DNA of 59,248 nucleotides from an uncultured virus (IMG/VR IMGVR_UViG_3300029288_000091) (IMGVR_UViG_3300029288_000091), one strand, 5' to 3'. Counted from the stretch's first letter, positions 30,283 through 42,246 are shown. A program made the numbers and translations. The notes: a model not told the origin generated them from the sequence alone.

Positions 30283-31200
30283 TTAAACTTTATGTTTTTT
30301 TGGACCAGATGTCTTCCTCTTTGGCGCTGTAGCCAGACTCTTAGTATAAACATTAGCCTTTACCATAGCCGTGGTTGAGACATGAGTGTTTAACTTCTCA
30401 AGGCTCTTTGCTACGTCCTTAAGTCTTTTATCTGACTGAGTTCTATTAGGATCTGCACCAAGACCTTTAAGATCAGCAAGGTAAGAATCCAAGTCTCTCG
30501 ACTCAGCAACCAATGCTATAGCTCCAAGCATAACATCTACTACCGCCTTTGGATCCTCAAGAACTAATACGTGTTCTTGTCCAAGAGCGTCGGTCCACTG
30601 TTTTAGAATTGTTTTATCTTCGCTAGTATAATTATATATCTTATGAATAAGGAATACATTATACTTATCCTTCAATCTCTTGAAAACATCAACACTATCT
30701 TGGCACTTTCTTTTAGACCAAATCTTTCTTTAATATTGGCAGCACTAATTTTTGTATAGAACCCCTCATCACCAATAAAAAACAAATATGGATTTTTCTT
30801 TTTATGAGTAAGTTCAACCATTTTATCATAAAAATAGGCAACCATTTCATACGATTCTCGGGCGCCACCACCACCACCCTCTAGATAAATCTTACCAAGC
30901 CACTCATCGAGGGCATCGCCTTCGGCGAAGTCACAAATTTAGATAGGTTCTCTATCACATGTGATATCACCAACAACAGCAAAACTAATAGATGGGTCTG
31001 GTAAATAGTTCTACAATTTAATCTGTCCAAAAAACATGGGCATCTTATCATAAATTACTTTGGCAGCAATACCCATTGAACCGGTGACATCCAGGGCCAC
31101 CATGATTGGATTTTCTTTATCACAAGTTAGTTTTCTTTTTGTATCTAGAACTGCTTCATCAGCTCCATACGATTTACTAAAACCCTTATCTGCCGGTGCA
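30283..31200 (-). pseudogene. vWA-domain protein with in-frame TAG, frameshift and missing start
   Basis: VALDVTGSMG (MIDAS), SFAVVGD, EGGGGARESYE, PYLFFIGDE; TAG at 31011-31013; frameshift near 30715. Confidence 0.8.
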
Positions 31201-31513
31201 TCGCGGTATGTGTATCCATAGTAGGAGCAATGTTAGTAATTACTCGCATATTCTTATAAATAAATTCACAAAGACGCACATTGTCTTTGTCAGCACCTGC
31301 AACACTCAACTCACCAGTAGGCAAACAGAATGTATTCTGACAATCAATAGCCATCAAACAGATACGAAACTTATCCATAGCAGCTGGCTGGATGCTATGT
31401 CTTTTTGCCCACTCGCTAGCAGTCAATGCGAGCTGCTGATATGGAACCTGCCAAATTTCAGTAACCTTTTTTGGATCAAAATGTACTGGTACTGGAAGAT
31501 CATATTTACTCAT
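31201..31513 (-). pseudogene. nicotinamidase/isochorismatase family, N-terminal part only
   Basis: AIDCQNTFCLPTGELSVAGA...TMDTH, then similarity stops abruptly. Confidence 0.8.
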
Positions 31514-31733
31514 TTTCTTTCTCCTTCATCCTTTTTATTTCTGCAGCCGCCTCAAGAACTATTCGCTGTTCTAAATTGACTACAAAGATTTCACCAAAAG
31601 CAAAAACTCCCGCTGTAAGCCACCCGAAAGCACCAAATAGAGAGCTTAGATTTTCCATAAATCCCATGACTACAAGACACGTACAACAAACAACAAATAC
31701 ACCTAGAAGAACTCTTCTAATACTCAATGGCAT
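31506..31733 (-). CDS. small membrane protein
   Basis: Two TM segments, AGGAG RBS. Confidence 0.6.
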   Translation of the reverse strand: MPLSIRRVLLGVFVVCCTCLVVMGFMENLSSLFGAFGWLTAGVFAFGEIFVVNLEQRIVLEAAAEIKRMKEKENE

Positions 31734-31916
31734 TTTTATTTCTCCTATTCTTTAACATCTCTACCCATTACACTAATGCCCATACATTCTACTTCAAGTT
31801 CGCCGCTCTTAATTTTTTCTACTATTTATTGTGCCCTACTTTCAGTAGTATATATATCATACACTTCAAAATTTCCACTATAATCCAAAGTCATTATTAA
31901 ATACACTCCTCATGTC

Positions 31917-33095
31917 TCACCGTATTTGTAGAATCTTAATCGTTTTTCTATCTACTACATATATTCCATTTTTATCTGGATATATATGGCAACCAGAATC
32001 AACAAAAGGTTCTGTATCTGGAAACTCTTTCGTTATTATAATACTTCCACCTACTGGTTCTACTTTAACAATACCATCATCGGTAGCACATAATAAAAAG
32101 TTACCAGCAGCACACTTTTCTCTTATAGAGCCTAACCACGAATTGTCACCATCTTTTGACTCAGCGTATTCTTTTATTGAACCATCAGATTTAATTATTA
32201 GACATCGATTTATTGTTTGCCCTTTCTCTCGAGTTGTTGTCAAAAACCAAACCCAATTACCCGCAAAATAGCAAGTTGCATCAATAAGCTGCCCAGGAAT
32301 TAACGGTAAGCTTATGCTATCATTAATCCCACCACTATGGACATCAAATACAAAACCGGTATGAAGATTTCCGGCACGATAGAAACCAAATCCAAATTGA
32401 GTTCCAACCCAAAACAAAGTTTGATCTTTAAGCACAGAACCAATAAATTTCTGTCCAAGCAAATCACTCTTTACTAATTGTCCATCATATAGCCAATACT
32501 TATTATGTTCGTTAGTATCAAACAGTGGCAATGAACCAAAACAATCTACTACTGTTTTCTCTGGTTTTCTACCAGGAACAAGGGTAATGAATTGGCCACT
32601 ATCACCAATCAAAGTCTCTTTACCTCTTATCCTAAATCTCATAGTCGGCTTGATATCTCCACATATTATAGACATATCGCCTTCTCTTTTAAACTCACCA
32701 TTTTCATAATACAAATATTTCAAACCGTCGTCAAAAGTAGCGGCTGTTAAAATAATTCCTGAAGTCTGAAATATATGTATACAAGTTACATTTCCACGGA
32801 CAGTTTCTTTTATTAAAGATGGAACAAAAGTAGAGCAGTTTGGACACACATTTTTAGCGTGCATCGTACCACAATTTGTACAATCGGTCCAACGCAAATT
32901 ATCCAATAGTGTGTTTGGAAATTCTCCACGTTTGTCTTCAACAAATAGTTGATGAAAATAATGCAATAAATCGTCGGACAAAATGTTATAGTGAGTTGCT
33001 GGTTTGGGATACTTAACTTCTGGATCAAAGACAGTGATACGTTTTAATGGCCTGATTGCATGATTTATTCTTTTTGCTGGATCGGGTTGCCTTTT
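31917..33095 (-). pseudogene. C-terminal part of a kinase-like protein of vWA/nicotinamidase clusters
   Basis: PDPAKRINHAIRPLKRITVFDPEVKYPKPA...RGEFP, CTNCG..H..CPNC Zn ribbon, beta-rich tail; no start or N-terminal catalytic region. Confidence 0.55.
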
Positions 33096-33266
33096 TCATC
33101 TCTCTTTGGATTCTTTTTCATCTTCCACCCATTCGATATTAATTTGCTATTAAAAGGGCTGGCGCCCCCAATAGAGCCGAGGAAAGACCAAATACAGTAT
33201 CTTCTACCAAAATTATTTGCGATGCCTCTAAGAGGCGTATTCGCGGTTTAACAAGCTATTCTGTTT

Positions 33267-34019
33267 TTATGGTTCTTGGGGTTTCCATTCGCCAACCTTG
33301 CCGTGATAGCTTTTCAGCGCTGGAACCTGTACAAGTTCCATTTCCGGGTACCTTAACGCAGTAAGTTTATTTCCAAATACACAACCAGTATCAATACCAG
33401 CTGTTTTATTTTCAAGTCTGGCTTCTAATCTTGGTTCGTGGCCATAAACTATAAGTGGAGAATTTGAATCACAAATCCTTTTATTAACCCATTCAATTCT
33501 ATTTGGAATTCCAAGATCCTTGTCCATGCCAGCACTTGGACCAAATAAACAAGTATCACGGCAGCGTTTTGAAAAGCCACTCTCTTTTAATAAATGATCC
33601 TTAAAACAAGCATGAACTACCACTAACTTTTCGTCATCTAGCTTTAGAAATAGAGGGAGAGAAGAAAAGAAATCAACAACTTCCTCTTTAGTTATCGTTG
33701 TAGAATTCTCAATTTCCCTTGCTGTGCCATCATCACCATGTGTAAGCATGACTGGATTTCCTTTTGACCAACGCGCAATTTTTGAGTCATGATTACCTAA
33801 AACAGACATAGCGTATCTTTTATTAATCATATCGCGTACTAAGAAAATTACAGCAAGTGAATTTGGACCTCTGCTGACTAAATCTCCAACAAAAACTGCT
33901 ATCCTTCCTGTCGGCGGCTCAAAAGATAAGCCGTCACGTAAATATCCCAGTTCTTCAAATAGTTGACATAACTCCGTATAACAGCCGTGGCAATCACTAA
34001 TGATGTCCCATCCAAGCAA
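33267..34019 (-). CDS. Pnkp/PrpE-type metallophosphatase
   Basis: DCHGC, FVGDLVSRGPNS, LGNHD, VVVHA, VYGH, IDTGCVFGNKLTALRYPE. Confidence 0.9.
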   Translation of the reverse strand: MLGWDIISDCHGCYTELCQLFEELGYLRDGLSFEPPTGRIAVFVGDLVSRGPNSLAVIFLVRDMINKRYAMSVLGNHDSKIARWSKGNPVMLTHGDDGTAREIENSTTITKEEVVDFFSSLPLFLKLDDEKLVVVHACFKDHLLKESGFSKRCRDTCLFGPSAGMDKDLGIPNRIEWVNKRICDSNSPLIVYGHEPRLEARLENKTAGIDTGCVFGNKLTALRYPEMELVQVPALKSYHGKVGEWKPQEP

Positions 34020-34071
34020 TTTTATTATCCTTTTTATTAATAATTTTTATATATAAATAAGGAGTTCAAGA

Positions 34072-34997
34072 ATGAAAATAACAGATCTAGAATTACAGAA
34101 ACTTTGTAATAGATACAATGAGGGAGCAACCTATACGGTACTCAAAAATGAATTTAATCTAGATATGGCAACTATTAAATCTTATCTACAAAAATCTAAT
34201 ATAAATTTCCGCTCCCGTTCGATTTGTAGTCGTCAATATAAATTAAGAGAAGATTTTTTTGATGAAATTAACATACAAGAAAAAGCATACATGCTTGGTT
34301 TTCTATATGCTGATGGAAATAATGATACAAAAGGAAATCGTATAAGGATTAATTTAAGCAATAAAGATAAATATATTCTTGAGAAATTTGTGGAATTAAT
34401 ATATTAGAATCTCGCCCGCTTCGTCAAATCCCAGAACACATCGATTCAAAAGGGAGAATTAGACGCGAATTATGGGAGCTTACAATAACTAATAAACATA
34501 TGAGCAATGTTCTAGATAATTTTGGAATGGTCGCAAAGAAATCTCTAATATTAAAATTTCCAAGAAATTTAGCAAAAGAGATGTTGCCACATTTTATTCG
34601 TGGATACAATGATGGAGATGGTTGTATAGAAATTAGAGAAAAGAACCAAAGTCGCGTAGAAATACTAGGAACAAATGATTTCTGTAATTATATAAAATTT
34701 TATATAATGGAGAATTTCCATATTAAATCCTATATTAGAAAATATAAAAAAATATTTAAATTAAGTATCAATGGATCTTATACTATTAAATTTTTAGATT
34801 GGATATACAATAATTCAAATATCCACCTCGTGCGCAAATATAATAAATATGTAGAAGCAAAATCATTAAAACAGTGGCGGTACAAAAAAAGTTTAATAAA
34901 AAAATGTTCTATATGTGGAGACAAGCACTATGCTAAAGGACTATGTCACTACCATTATTACCGTAATAAAAGATTAAATATTAAATTCCCCATATAA
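34072..34997 (+). pseudogene. double-motif LAGLIDADG homing endonuclease, frameshifted near 34405
   Basis: KAYMLGFLYADG and HFIRGYNDGDG; C-terminal CSICG...GLCHYHY. Confidence 0.88.
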
Positions 34998-35315
34998 CTT
35001 CTACACATTCTGGACATCTACAGCACTTGGAAATCTTTTCCCCGGTGCGCCACACTTTTTACAAGTGTCGCATTCACTACTTAAATTTAATTTTACTTTT
35101 TTAATAACTCTAATCTCGTGTATATCCGGTCTTAAACCAAATACTCTACCTGCCGAGTAATCAAACACATAAACCCAAATCCTAGGGTCGTTTAAACAGT
35201 CTGGATATTTATCACAAGCCTCATCTGGCGAAAAAACTAAACCTTTACCACCATGATAAAACGACACTTCGTCGCTCTCATCGCATTCGAAATCACCTAT
35301 TTTGTAATGATACAT
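34981..35315 (-). CDS. hypothetical protein with C-terminal zinc ribbon (frameshift near end)
   Basis: CKKCGAPG then, in a shifted frame, EKISKCCRCPECVEVIWGI. Confidence 0.55.
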
Positions 35316-35696
35316 TTAAATTCCCCATATTATTTCACCACAATTGGGACATTTACAACACATACGAATTTGCTCACCAAGCGTTCCACATTTTTTACAT
35401 ACATCGACAGTGTTAATTTGGTTGCTATTTTCATCTACTAATTCTAATACTTGTATAGATTTAAGTTTATCAAAAGCGCCGTAAGCTGTACCATCCCAAT
35501 TGAGCCACAACACAAGTATTGTTTCTTTGAACCACGCAACTACGTGTTCCATATGTGGTAAAGTAGGTCTCATATCTTGTATAGTTAATATTTCTCCACT
35601 ATGAACATGAAATGGACTAGGCTTTTCACAATAATAATTTACTTCTCTAAGCCATTTTTCACTAATCCTAACTCTGTCTCCAATTTTTGGGACCAT
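35316..35696 (-). CDS. hypothetical protein with C-terminal zinc ribbon
   Basis: KIGDRVRI start; CKKCGTLGEQIRMCCKCPNCGEIIWGI. Confidence 0.65.
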   Translation of the reverse strand: MVPKIGDRVRISEKWLREVNYYCEKPSPFHVHSGEILTIQDMRPTLPHMEHVVAWFKETILVLWLNWDGTAYGAFDKLKSIQVLELVDENSNQINTVDVCKKCGTLGEQIRMCCKCPNCGEIIWGI

Positions 35697-35705
35697 TATA
35701 AAAAC

Positions 35706-36158
35706 TCATTTCATACAGCTTGGATTAGTACAAATATCATAAGAAGTTGTAAAGGCCCCAGGCACATGTTTGGTTGGTGCTCCGCACCAATAACATGTAG
35801 TTCTGCCATCATTATTCTTTGGTTCTGAACCGGCAGCCGCAACTGGAGGCGCAGACTTATTCTGTGGTTCATCATCAAAATCAAACATTGCTGGAGTTAC
35901 TTTAGTAACCCAAGATTTAAAAACATCAATACCATTAACCTGGCCAGTTTGATTTACGGTAATATGATGTATATAACTTCCATCTGTAAAATAAACTTCA
36001 TATTCCGCATAATTAGTAGATGTAAGTTTCTTTAAATCAAGCTTCATAATATTTAATTTAACACCTTTAAGGTGTGCTAAATTTGGAAAGTTTCTTATAT
36101 AGTTATCTGTAAGTTCTACATCAAGACCTTGTTTTGGAAGCATCTTACTCCTCCTCAA
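35706..36158 (-). CDS. hypothetical protein with C-terminal zinc ribbon
   Basis: CYWCGAPT...YDICTNPSC; GGAGGAG RBS before MLPKQ. Confidence 0.65.
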   Translation of the reverse strand: MRRSKMLPKQGLDVELTDNYIRNFPNLAHLKGVKLNIMKLDLKKLTSTNYAEYEVYFTDGSYIHHITVNQTGQVNGIDVFKSWVTKVTPAMFDFDDEPQNKSAPPVAAAGSEPKNNDGRTTCYWCGAPTKHVPGAFTTSYDICTNPSCMK

Positions 36159-36159
36159 A

Positions 36160-37210
<1,051 letters not shown>

Positions 37211-37215
37211 ATCCT

Positions 37216-38580
37216 TTATATGTAAACATCTTCTTTTAAATCTTCTAGGTATTGATCTACTATTTCTTCAGAAGTCATGTTTGGTGTTATATTTCCATTT
37301 AATAACCATCTATCAAACATTTGTTTAATCTTACCAACTTCCGGGCCAGCACTCAAACCAAGTTTTTCCATAATAACAGTTCCGATACCACTAGGAAGCT
37401 TTGGTCTAAGATCTTCTTCTTTAATTTCTGTAAGAGCTTGTCTCAATAAAGTTACATGAGCATTCTGTCTCTCTAATACCTCAGGCCGTTTAGAAGAACA
37501 ATCTGCTTCAAAGAGAGAAACCAAGTCCATGATATTACAGCCCCAAATTTCACACTCTCTAATTACTCTCCTCAATGCGCTTATACTTACTGGAGGAGTG
37601 TTTCTCCGCGTAACTGTATCACCAACGCGCTGATGTAAAGCAACCAAACCTTTAATAGATCTCCTCTGATCGTTGCTCATCTTAAATCTGCGAGCAATTC
37701 CTTCTACCATTTCTGCCCCAAGAATCTCGTGCTGAAAGAAATGAACTTCGTTATCCTTTTCAAATCGAGTTTGTGGCTTGGCCAAATCGTGCAACAACGC
37801 AGCCCAACGAACATCAACAGCCTTTGATGATTTTTCTACAACTGTAAGAGTATGTAACCAAACATTTTTGCTGATGAGTAAAGATCCTCTAATTTCCATA
37901 GACAAAGCAATCATCTCTGGAATCATGTAATATAATAACCTAGAGTGTCTCAAATATTCAATAGCTAAACTAACGTTTGCGCCAACTAAGAGTTTATTCA
38001 TCTCTTCTAACCAGCGCTCTCTGCTTATGTTCAAAATATTTTGGGCATAATTCTTTATAGCTTTCAAAGTTTTTTCTTCTATTGAAAAACCCAATTGAGA
38101 AATAAATCTAATAGCTCTAAGCATCCTAAGCGGATCTTCAGCAAATCGTTCATAAGGATTACCAGTAGCTTTGATTAATTTATTCTCAATATCCTTCTTG
38201 CCACCAAAAGGATCAATTAAAGTCCCATCGTTATCTTGGGCAATAGAATTAATTGTGAAGTCTCTTCTACTTAAATCTTTATTTATATCTGTAGAAAACG
38301 CTACATCTGGATGACGGCCCGCTGTTAAATCTCTGCGGTGAGTAGTAATTTCTATTTGTTTATCTCCAATAAATGTAGCAATAGTTCCAAACTTTTCACC
38401 GATAGGATAGTGTTTAAATCCGCCAGAAGTAAGAAGCTCTTGTGTCTTTTCTGGAAGAGCATCAGTAGTAAAGTCGTAATCTTTAGGTGGAAGCTGTAGT
38501 AAAATATTCCTAACGCTTCCTCCAACATGATAAAGCCTAAAACCATTTTGTTGGAATATTTCAAATAGCTTTGTAAACAT
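37216..38580 (-). CDS. cca: CCA-adding tRNA nucleotidyltransferase with HD domain
   Basis: VGGSVRN, KDYDFTT, DLSRRDFTINS, EDPLRMLRAIRF, SRER, ALLHDLAKP. Confidence 0.9.
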   Translation of the reverse strand: MFTKLFEIFQQNGFRLYHVGGSVRNILLQLPPKDYDFTTDALPEKTQELLTSGGFKHYPIGEKFGTIATFIGDKQIEITTHRRDLTAGRHPDVAFSTDINKDLSRRDFTINSIAQDNDGTLIDPFGGKKDIENKLIKATGNPYERFAEDPLRMLRAIRFISQLGFSIEEKTLKAIKNYAQNILNISRERWLEEMNKLLVGANVSLAIEYLRHSRLLYYMIPEMIALSMEIRGSLLISKNVWLHTLTVVEKSSKAVDVRWAALLHDLAKPQTRFEKDNEVHFFQHEILGAEMVEGIARRFKMSNDQRRSIKGLVALHQRVGDTVTRRNTPPVSISALRRVIRECEIWGCNIMDLVSLFEADCSSKRPEVLERQNAHVTLLRQALTEIKEEDLRPKLPSGIGTVIMEKLGLSAGPEVGKIKQMFDRWLLNGNITPNMTSEEIVDQYLEDLKEDVYI

Positions 38581-38869
38581 TCTATCTCCTATTTCTGTAC
38601 GTAAATTTCAGGTGAAATTTTCTCACATCCTAAATAGTCAGGACCGTATACAGACCTTATAGTTTTATTTTTTCAAAATATTTAAGATCTTTATTAACTA
38701 ATTTCTCCACAAAAAGTTTCTTCAGTCTTGCGTTTTGTTAAGATTATAGATTTGTAAATAGGACGCCATTATAAATTAGATCAACATCCCAAGGTTACCG
38801 GCAGTGCAATCAGTAAGCTTAACCATACCATTATTAAGCTCCAGTCCACAAAATTAAAAAAAGTTATGG

Positions 38870-39190
38870 TATCAAAAAAACGAGATAAATTATAAGTATC
38901 AAAAAGAAAAAAATAACAAATTTCGTAGAGAAAATTTACCAACAATGTGTCACTATATACAGATTGAGAGACGATTTAAAAATACTTTTATAAGATTTTC
39001 CAAAAATGGAAAAATAAAAATATGTAAGAGAAAATATGGAATTGATTATGAGGATATTTCAATTATATTGATCCATATCCTATGACAAGAAACGAGTGGA
39101 ATATAGATCATATAATTCCATTATCATTTTTTTACTTTGACGATTCAGAATAAGTCAAACAAACCTTTGTCCAGAGAATCATAAATAATA
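38870..39190 (+). pseudogene. HNH-like endonuclease remnant
   Basis: KYGIDYE, RNEWNIDHIIPLSFF, PENH fragments; same family as 10216-10982. Confidence 0.6.
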
Positions 39191-39231
39191 TCTCAAAATA
39201 GACAATATTTTAAAAGAAGATCACATAATAG

Positions 39232-39265
39232 AATATTGGCCCGCCATTTCGGGCGGGCCAATATT
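39232..39265. terminator. strong hairpin immediately after small basic ORF
   Basis: aatattggcccgcc / ggcgggccaatatt, 14 bp stem. Confidence 0.75.
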
Positions 39266-39268
39266 ATT

Positions 39269-39415
39269 CTATTGACGAGATTGACGCTTACGTGTCCTCC
39301 AAGCTTTCTTTGCTGCTTCACTACGTTTCCTAGCCTGTTCGCGCCTAGTTTCCCAAGCACGAATAGCTGCTTCATGACGAACATCAGACTTATTTATCTT
39401 ATGATTAGAACCCAT
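39269..39415 (-). CDS. 48 aa basic peptide with duplicated RxEAAxxAWxTR motif (not in ORF track)
   Basis: MGSNHKINKSDVRHEAAIRAWETRREQARKRSEAAKKAWRTRKRQSRQ; AGGAGG RBS; hairpin after stop. Confidence 0.8.
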   Translation of the reverse strand: MGSNHKINKSDVRHEAAIRAWETRREQARKRSEAAKKAWRTRKRQSRQ

Positions 39416-39461
39416 TTATTCCTCCTATAAAACAGTTAATATATTTGTTGTTTGGCTAATA

Positions 39462-39680
39462 TTAGTTAATACCATAATTATTTAATAACTCAATTAACTC
39501 CCTGTGTTTTACATCTCCTTTCTTACTATTAGAATAATATTTTGCTCCTATTATTAAACCAATAATAAGTAACAAAACTAAGAAAAGTCTGCCCCATATG
39601 GATTGATCCCTATCAATACAATATGGACATCTACTAGCCATTAAAGGAATTTTTCTAAAACAGCTTATACAGTATTTCAT
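39462..39680 (-). CDS. zinc-ribbon membrane protein
   Basis: CISC...RCPYC followed by TM helix. Confidence 0.6.
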   Translation of the reverse strand: MKYCISCFRKIPLMASRCPYCIDRDQSIWGRLFLVLLLIIGLIIGAKYYSNSKKGDVKHRELIELLNNYGIN

Positions 39681-39844
39681 TAATTAAACCCATATTTATA
39701 GACCAATTCTCTTTCTCTTTTTCTTCGTATTTTAATTTTTCTTGGCCTTCTTTCATGTGACCTTCAGCACGCTACATTCAACCGATAGATCATCTAAAGT
39801 ATCCGCACATAAATCCTTTATTTTCCTTATTACTTCATCTTTCA

Positions 39845-40135
39845 TTATTTTGTTTCCATCTCCTCATAAGGATCAATTACAGCAACAACACTATCGAGTG
39901 GAATGACCACTACATTTTGAGGAAGTTCAAAACCAATTGGAACACCATCTTTGCGAACAAAGAGAATTTCATCATCTACTTCAACAATTGATTTACATTC
40001 CTCGCTTGGCTCTGCCATTACTTTGCCTCTAGCAAATTCTGAATCTTCTAATACATGAATTTTACCACCACTCTTTGGCGGAACAACTTCAGAAGCTACA
40101 ATAAGAAACCTACCAACACTATGATAAAACTTCAT
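39845..40135 (-). CDS. GroES-like co-chaperonin
   Basis: GRFLIV...KSGGKIHV...RGKVMA...VEVDDEILF...DSVVAVI pattern, 96 aa. Confidence 0.65.
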   Translation of the reverse strand: MKFYHSVGRFLIVASEVVPPKSGGKIHVLEDSEFARGKVMAEPSEECKSIVEVDDEILFVRKDGVPIGFELPQNVVVIPLDSVVAVIDPYEEMETK

Positions 40136-40144
40136 TCTCTCCTC

Positions 40145-40462
40145 CTAATTTTCCAAATCGACATTTAAAAAACAGAGAGCATTCGCAATTATAGATATCA
40201 TGTTTGTATTGATATCATTTAATCGCATAACACACAATAGACTTTTATTACCAAAGACTTTATGTATATTATATATCTGCGATATAATACTTTGCTCTTT
40301 GAAGACAAAGAATGGACGCAATTCTACATCGTCTAGAACAATACACATATATTTTGCATCCGACTTAATACCATGTTGTATCCAATTCTCAATATCACTC
40401 TCTGTTGGGTTTGGTATCTTTCTCATGTTCATTTTCTTTGTCCTCTGAACTAACAACCTCAT
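40145..40462 (-). CDS. hypothetical protein
   Basis: About 100 aa ORF in operon context. Confidence 0.5.
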   Translation of the reverse strand: MRLLVQRTKKMNMRKIPNPTESDIENWIQHGIKSDAKYMCIVLDDVELRPFFVFKEQSIISQIYNIHKVFGNKSLLCVMRLNDINTNMISIIANALCFLNVDLEN

Positions 40463-40679
40463 CTTCTAATTCTTCATCCAAGAGACTTTCTCCAGGTCCA
40501 CCATCCATCCAAAAAGGTATATTATCTTCGGCTTCATCTATATAGTCTTGAGTAGACATTTTATGTTGCCGCCGCTCTCTTTTATCACAATGAATCCCAG
40601 CTTTGCCGTGAGGTTGTTGTGTATCTCTACTAGCCTTCTTCAGAGCTTTTATTCTGTCGTACTTCCTTGTCTTTGCCAT
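40395..40679 (-). CDS. hypothetical protein, basic N-terminus and acidic C-terminus
   Basis: 94 aa ORF overlapping the Thg1 end. Confidence 0.55.
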   Translation of the reverse strand: MAKTRKYDRIKALKKASRDTQQPHGKAGIHCDKRERRQHKMSTQDYIDEAEDNIPFWMDGGPGESLLDEELEDEVVSSEDKENEHEKDTKPNRE

Positions 40680-41454
40680 CTTGTTCTCTCTCAGGATTTA
40701 AAACCTGCTGTAACCATTCTCTTCCGGCATCACTTTGAAAAATTGGGGCAGCCTCATATACCCAGCGTTTCCTTATAACAGGACCGTGTTCGGTTTCTAC
40801 CTCAATCTCTTTGCGAAATGTAACAATGCCATTTTTAAATTCTTCTTTATACGTTGACCAATTAATTCCAGTCTCTTGAAAAAGTATCTCTTGTCGCTCT
40901 TTGGAATTCAATTTATGTAATGCTTTTCTTGCTGTACCACGACCAATCTTTTTACCAATCTCATAATAGGCAGCACTACTAATTGAATTTTTTACACAGT
41001 CTTGCTGTCGCCAAATAAGATTATTTACAACTTCAGTCATATTTGGCATGGCACCAATTCTACAATCAAAGTAAGCTACAGGTGGTTTCTCCATAGTATC
41101 TAGCATACTTCTCATAAAAGATGCTGTAGCCATACTTGCAAGAATACTGTTCATCTTTAGGATGCGATTATCAAACCATGGAGTAGTCTCTTCCGATTGG
41201 TCGGTTCTTATAACAAGTGTAATTTCATCAGACTGGGTATATCCAATCATACAACCCTGAATATTACTAGCAATAGTAGCTACTGTTTCTGACATCCAGG
41301 TTGAAAACTTTTGGTCAAAAGGCTTATCAAGCTTTAGATTTTTAGTGAAGTTATGAAATCCTTTTCCATCTAGGCGAGCTATAATTGGGGCTCGTGGAAG
41401 AAGTTTATAATTGTAAACCTCTTCATAAGATTTCATACGAGTTGATAGGTTCAC
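40630..41454 (-). CDS. tRNA(His) guanylyltransferase Thg1-like protein
   Basis: RMKSYE, IARLDGKGFH, KPFD, GYTQSDEI, FDCR, WRQQDC, GINW. Confidence 0.93.
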   Translation of the reverse strand: MNLSTRMKSYEEVYNYKLLPRAPIIARLDGKGFHNFTKNLKLDKPFDQKFSTWMSETVATIASNIQGCMIGYTQSDEITLVIRTDQSEETTPWFDNRILKMNSILASMATASFMRSMLDTMEKPPVAYFDCRIGAMPNMTEVVNNLIWRQQDCVKNSISSAAYYEIGKKIGRGTARKALHKLNSKERQEILFQETGINWSTYKEEFKNGIVTFRKEIEVETEHGPVIRKRWVYEAAPIFQSDAGREWLQQVLNPEREQDGKDKEVRQNKSSEEG

Positions 41455-42246
41455 TTATTTTTTCCTTTCATTTGGATTAGTATGACTCCCCCAATTTTGA
41501 TGTACAGATCTATGATGTTCTCTACAAAGAGTAATGCCATTTTTAAATTCTGGATCTAACAACTCACTTTGCGTAATTAACCAATTATATTTTTCTTGCT
41601 CATCTATAAAAGACTTATCTTTACATAAGTCTTTTATTATTATAACAACTGGTTTAATATGATGAGCATCAATTTTATTTTTAGATCCACATACTCTACA
41701 TTTCCACTCATCTCTTACAAATACATTATAATACCATTTACAAATTTTATTAAGAAAATACTTGACTCTTCTTGTAAGAGATGCTTTGCCGCCCTTCCAA
41801 GCAGTTGCGTCATGGCCAACTTTACCAATACGAGATTTAGACATCTTGGCGCGAGTTTCAATAGAATGTTTTTTACCAAACATCCCATTTTGAGAGCCAC
41901 TCATATCAATATTTTTTCTTGCCTCTTTATATTTCTCGCTACATTTTATTGCTTCTGAGTGCTCTTTTCTTTTATTTTCTGTCCAAAACTCCTTACAGCA
42001 CTGAGGTTTTTTACCTGCTATTTTTTTAGATATATCCGAAAGTTTTTTCTTGTGCTCGTCCGTCAATTGCCTTTTAGGCAGAATATTTATTTTACATTTA
42101 AGACACAAATGCCTGCCATTTTTTCTTAAATTTACTTGAGCAGCAGCATATAGTATTTTAAATTCTTTGTTACAATTATCACACTTCACTAGAACTTTTT
42201 CTTTATTTCTATAAAAAAGTTCTTCTTGTCCGCTTAAATATGTCAT
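41455..42246 (-). CDS. HNH homing endonuclease with NUMOD3-like repeat
   Basis: MFGKKHSIETRAKMS, WKGG, VFVRDEWKCRVCG, DAHHIKP, NGITLCREHH. Confidence 0.88.
   Translation of the reverse strand: MTYLSGQEELFYRNKEKVLVKCDNCNKEFKILYAAAQVNLRKNGRHLCLKCKINILPKRQLTDEHKKKLSDISKKIAGKKPQCCKEFWTENKRKEHSEAIKCSEKYKEARKNIDMSGSQNGMFGKKHSIETRAKMSKSRIGKVGHDATAWKGGKASLTRRVKYFLNKICKWYYNVFVRDEWKCRVCGSKNKIDAHHIKPVVIIIKDLCKDKSFIDEQEKYNWLITQSELLDPEFKNGITLCREHHRSVHQNWGSHTNPNERKK

Noticed and set aside
39193..39430. Track ORFs 39193-39384 (-) and 39236-39430 (+)
   Set aside because: The frame with RBS, internal repeat and terminator is 39269-39415 (-).
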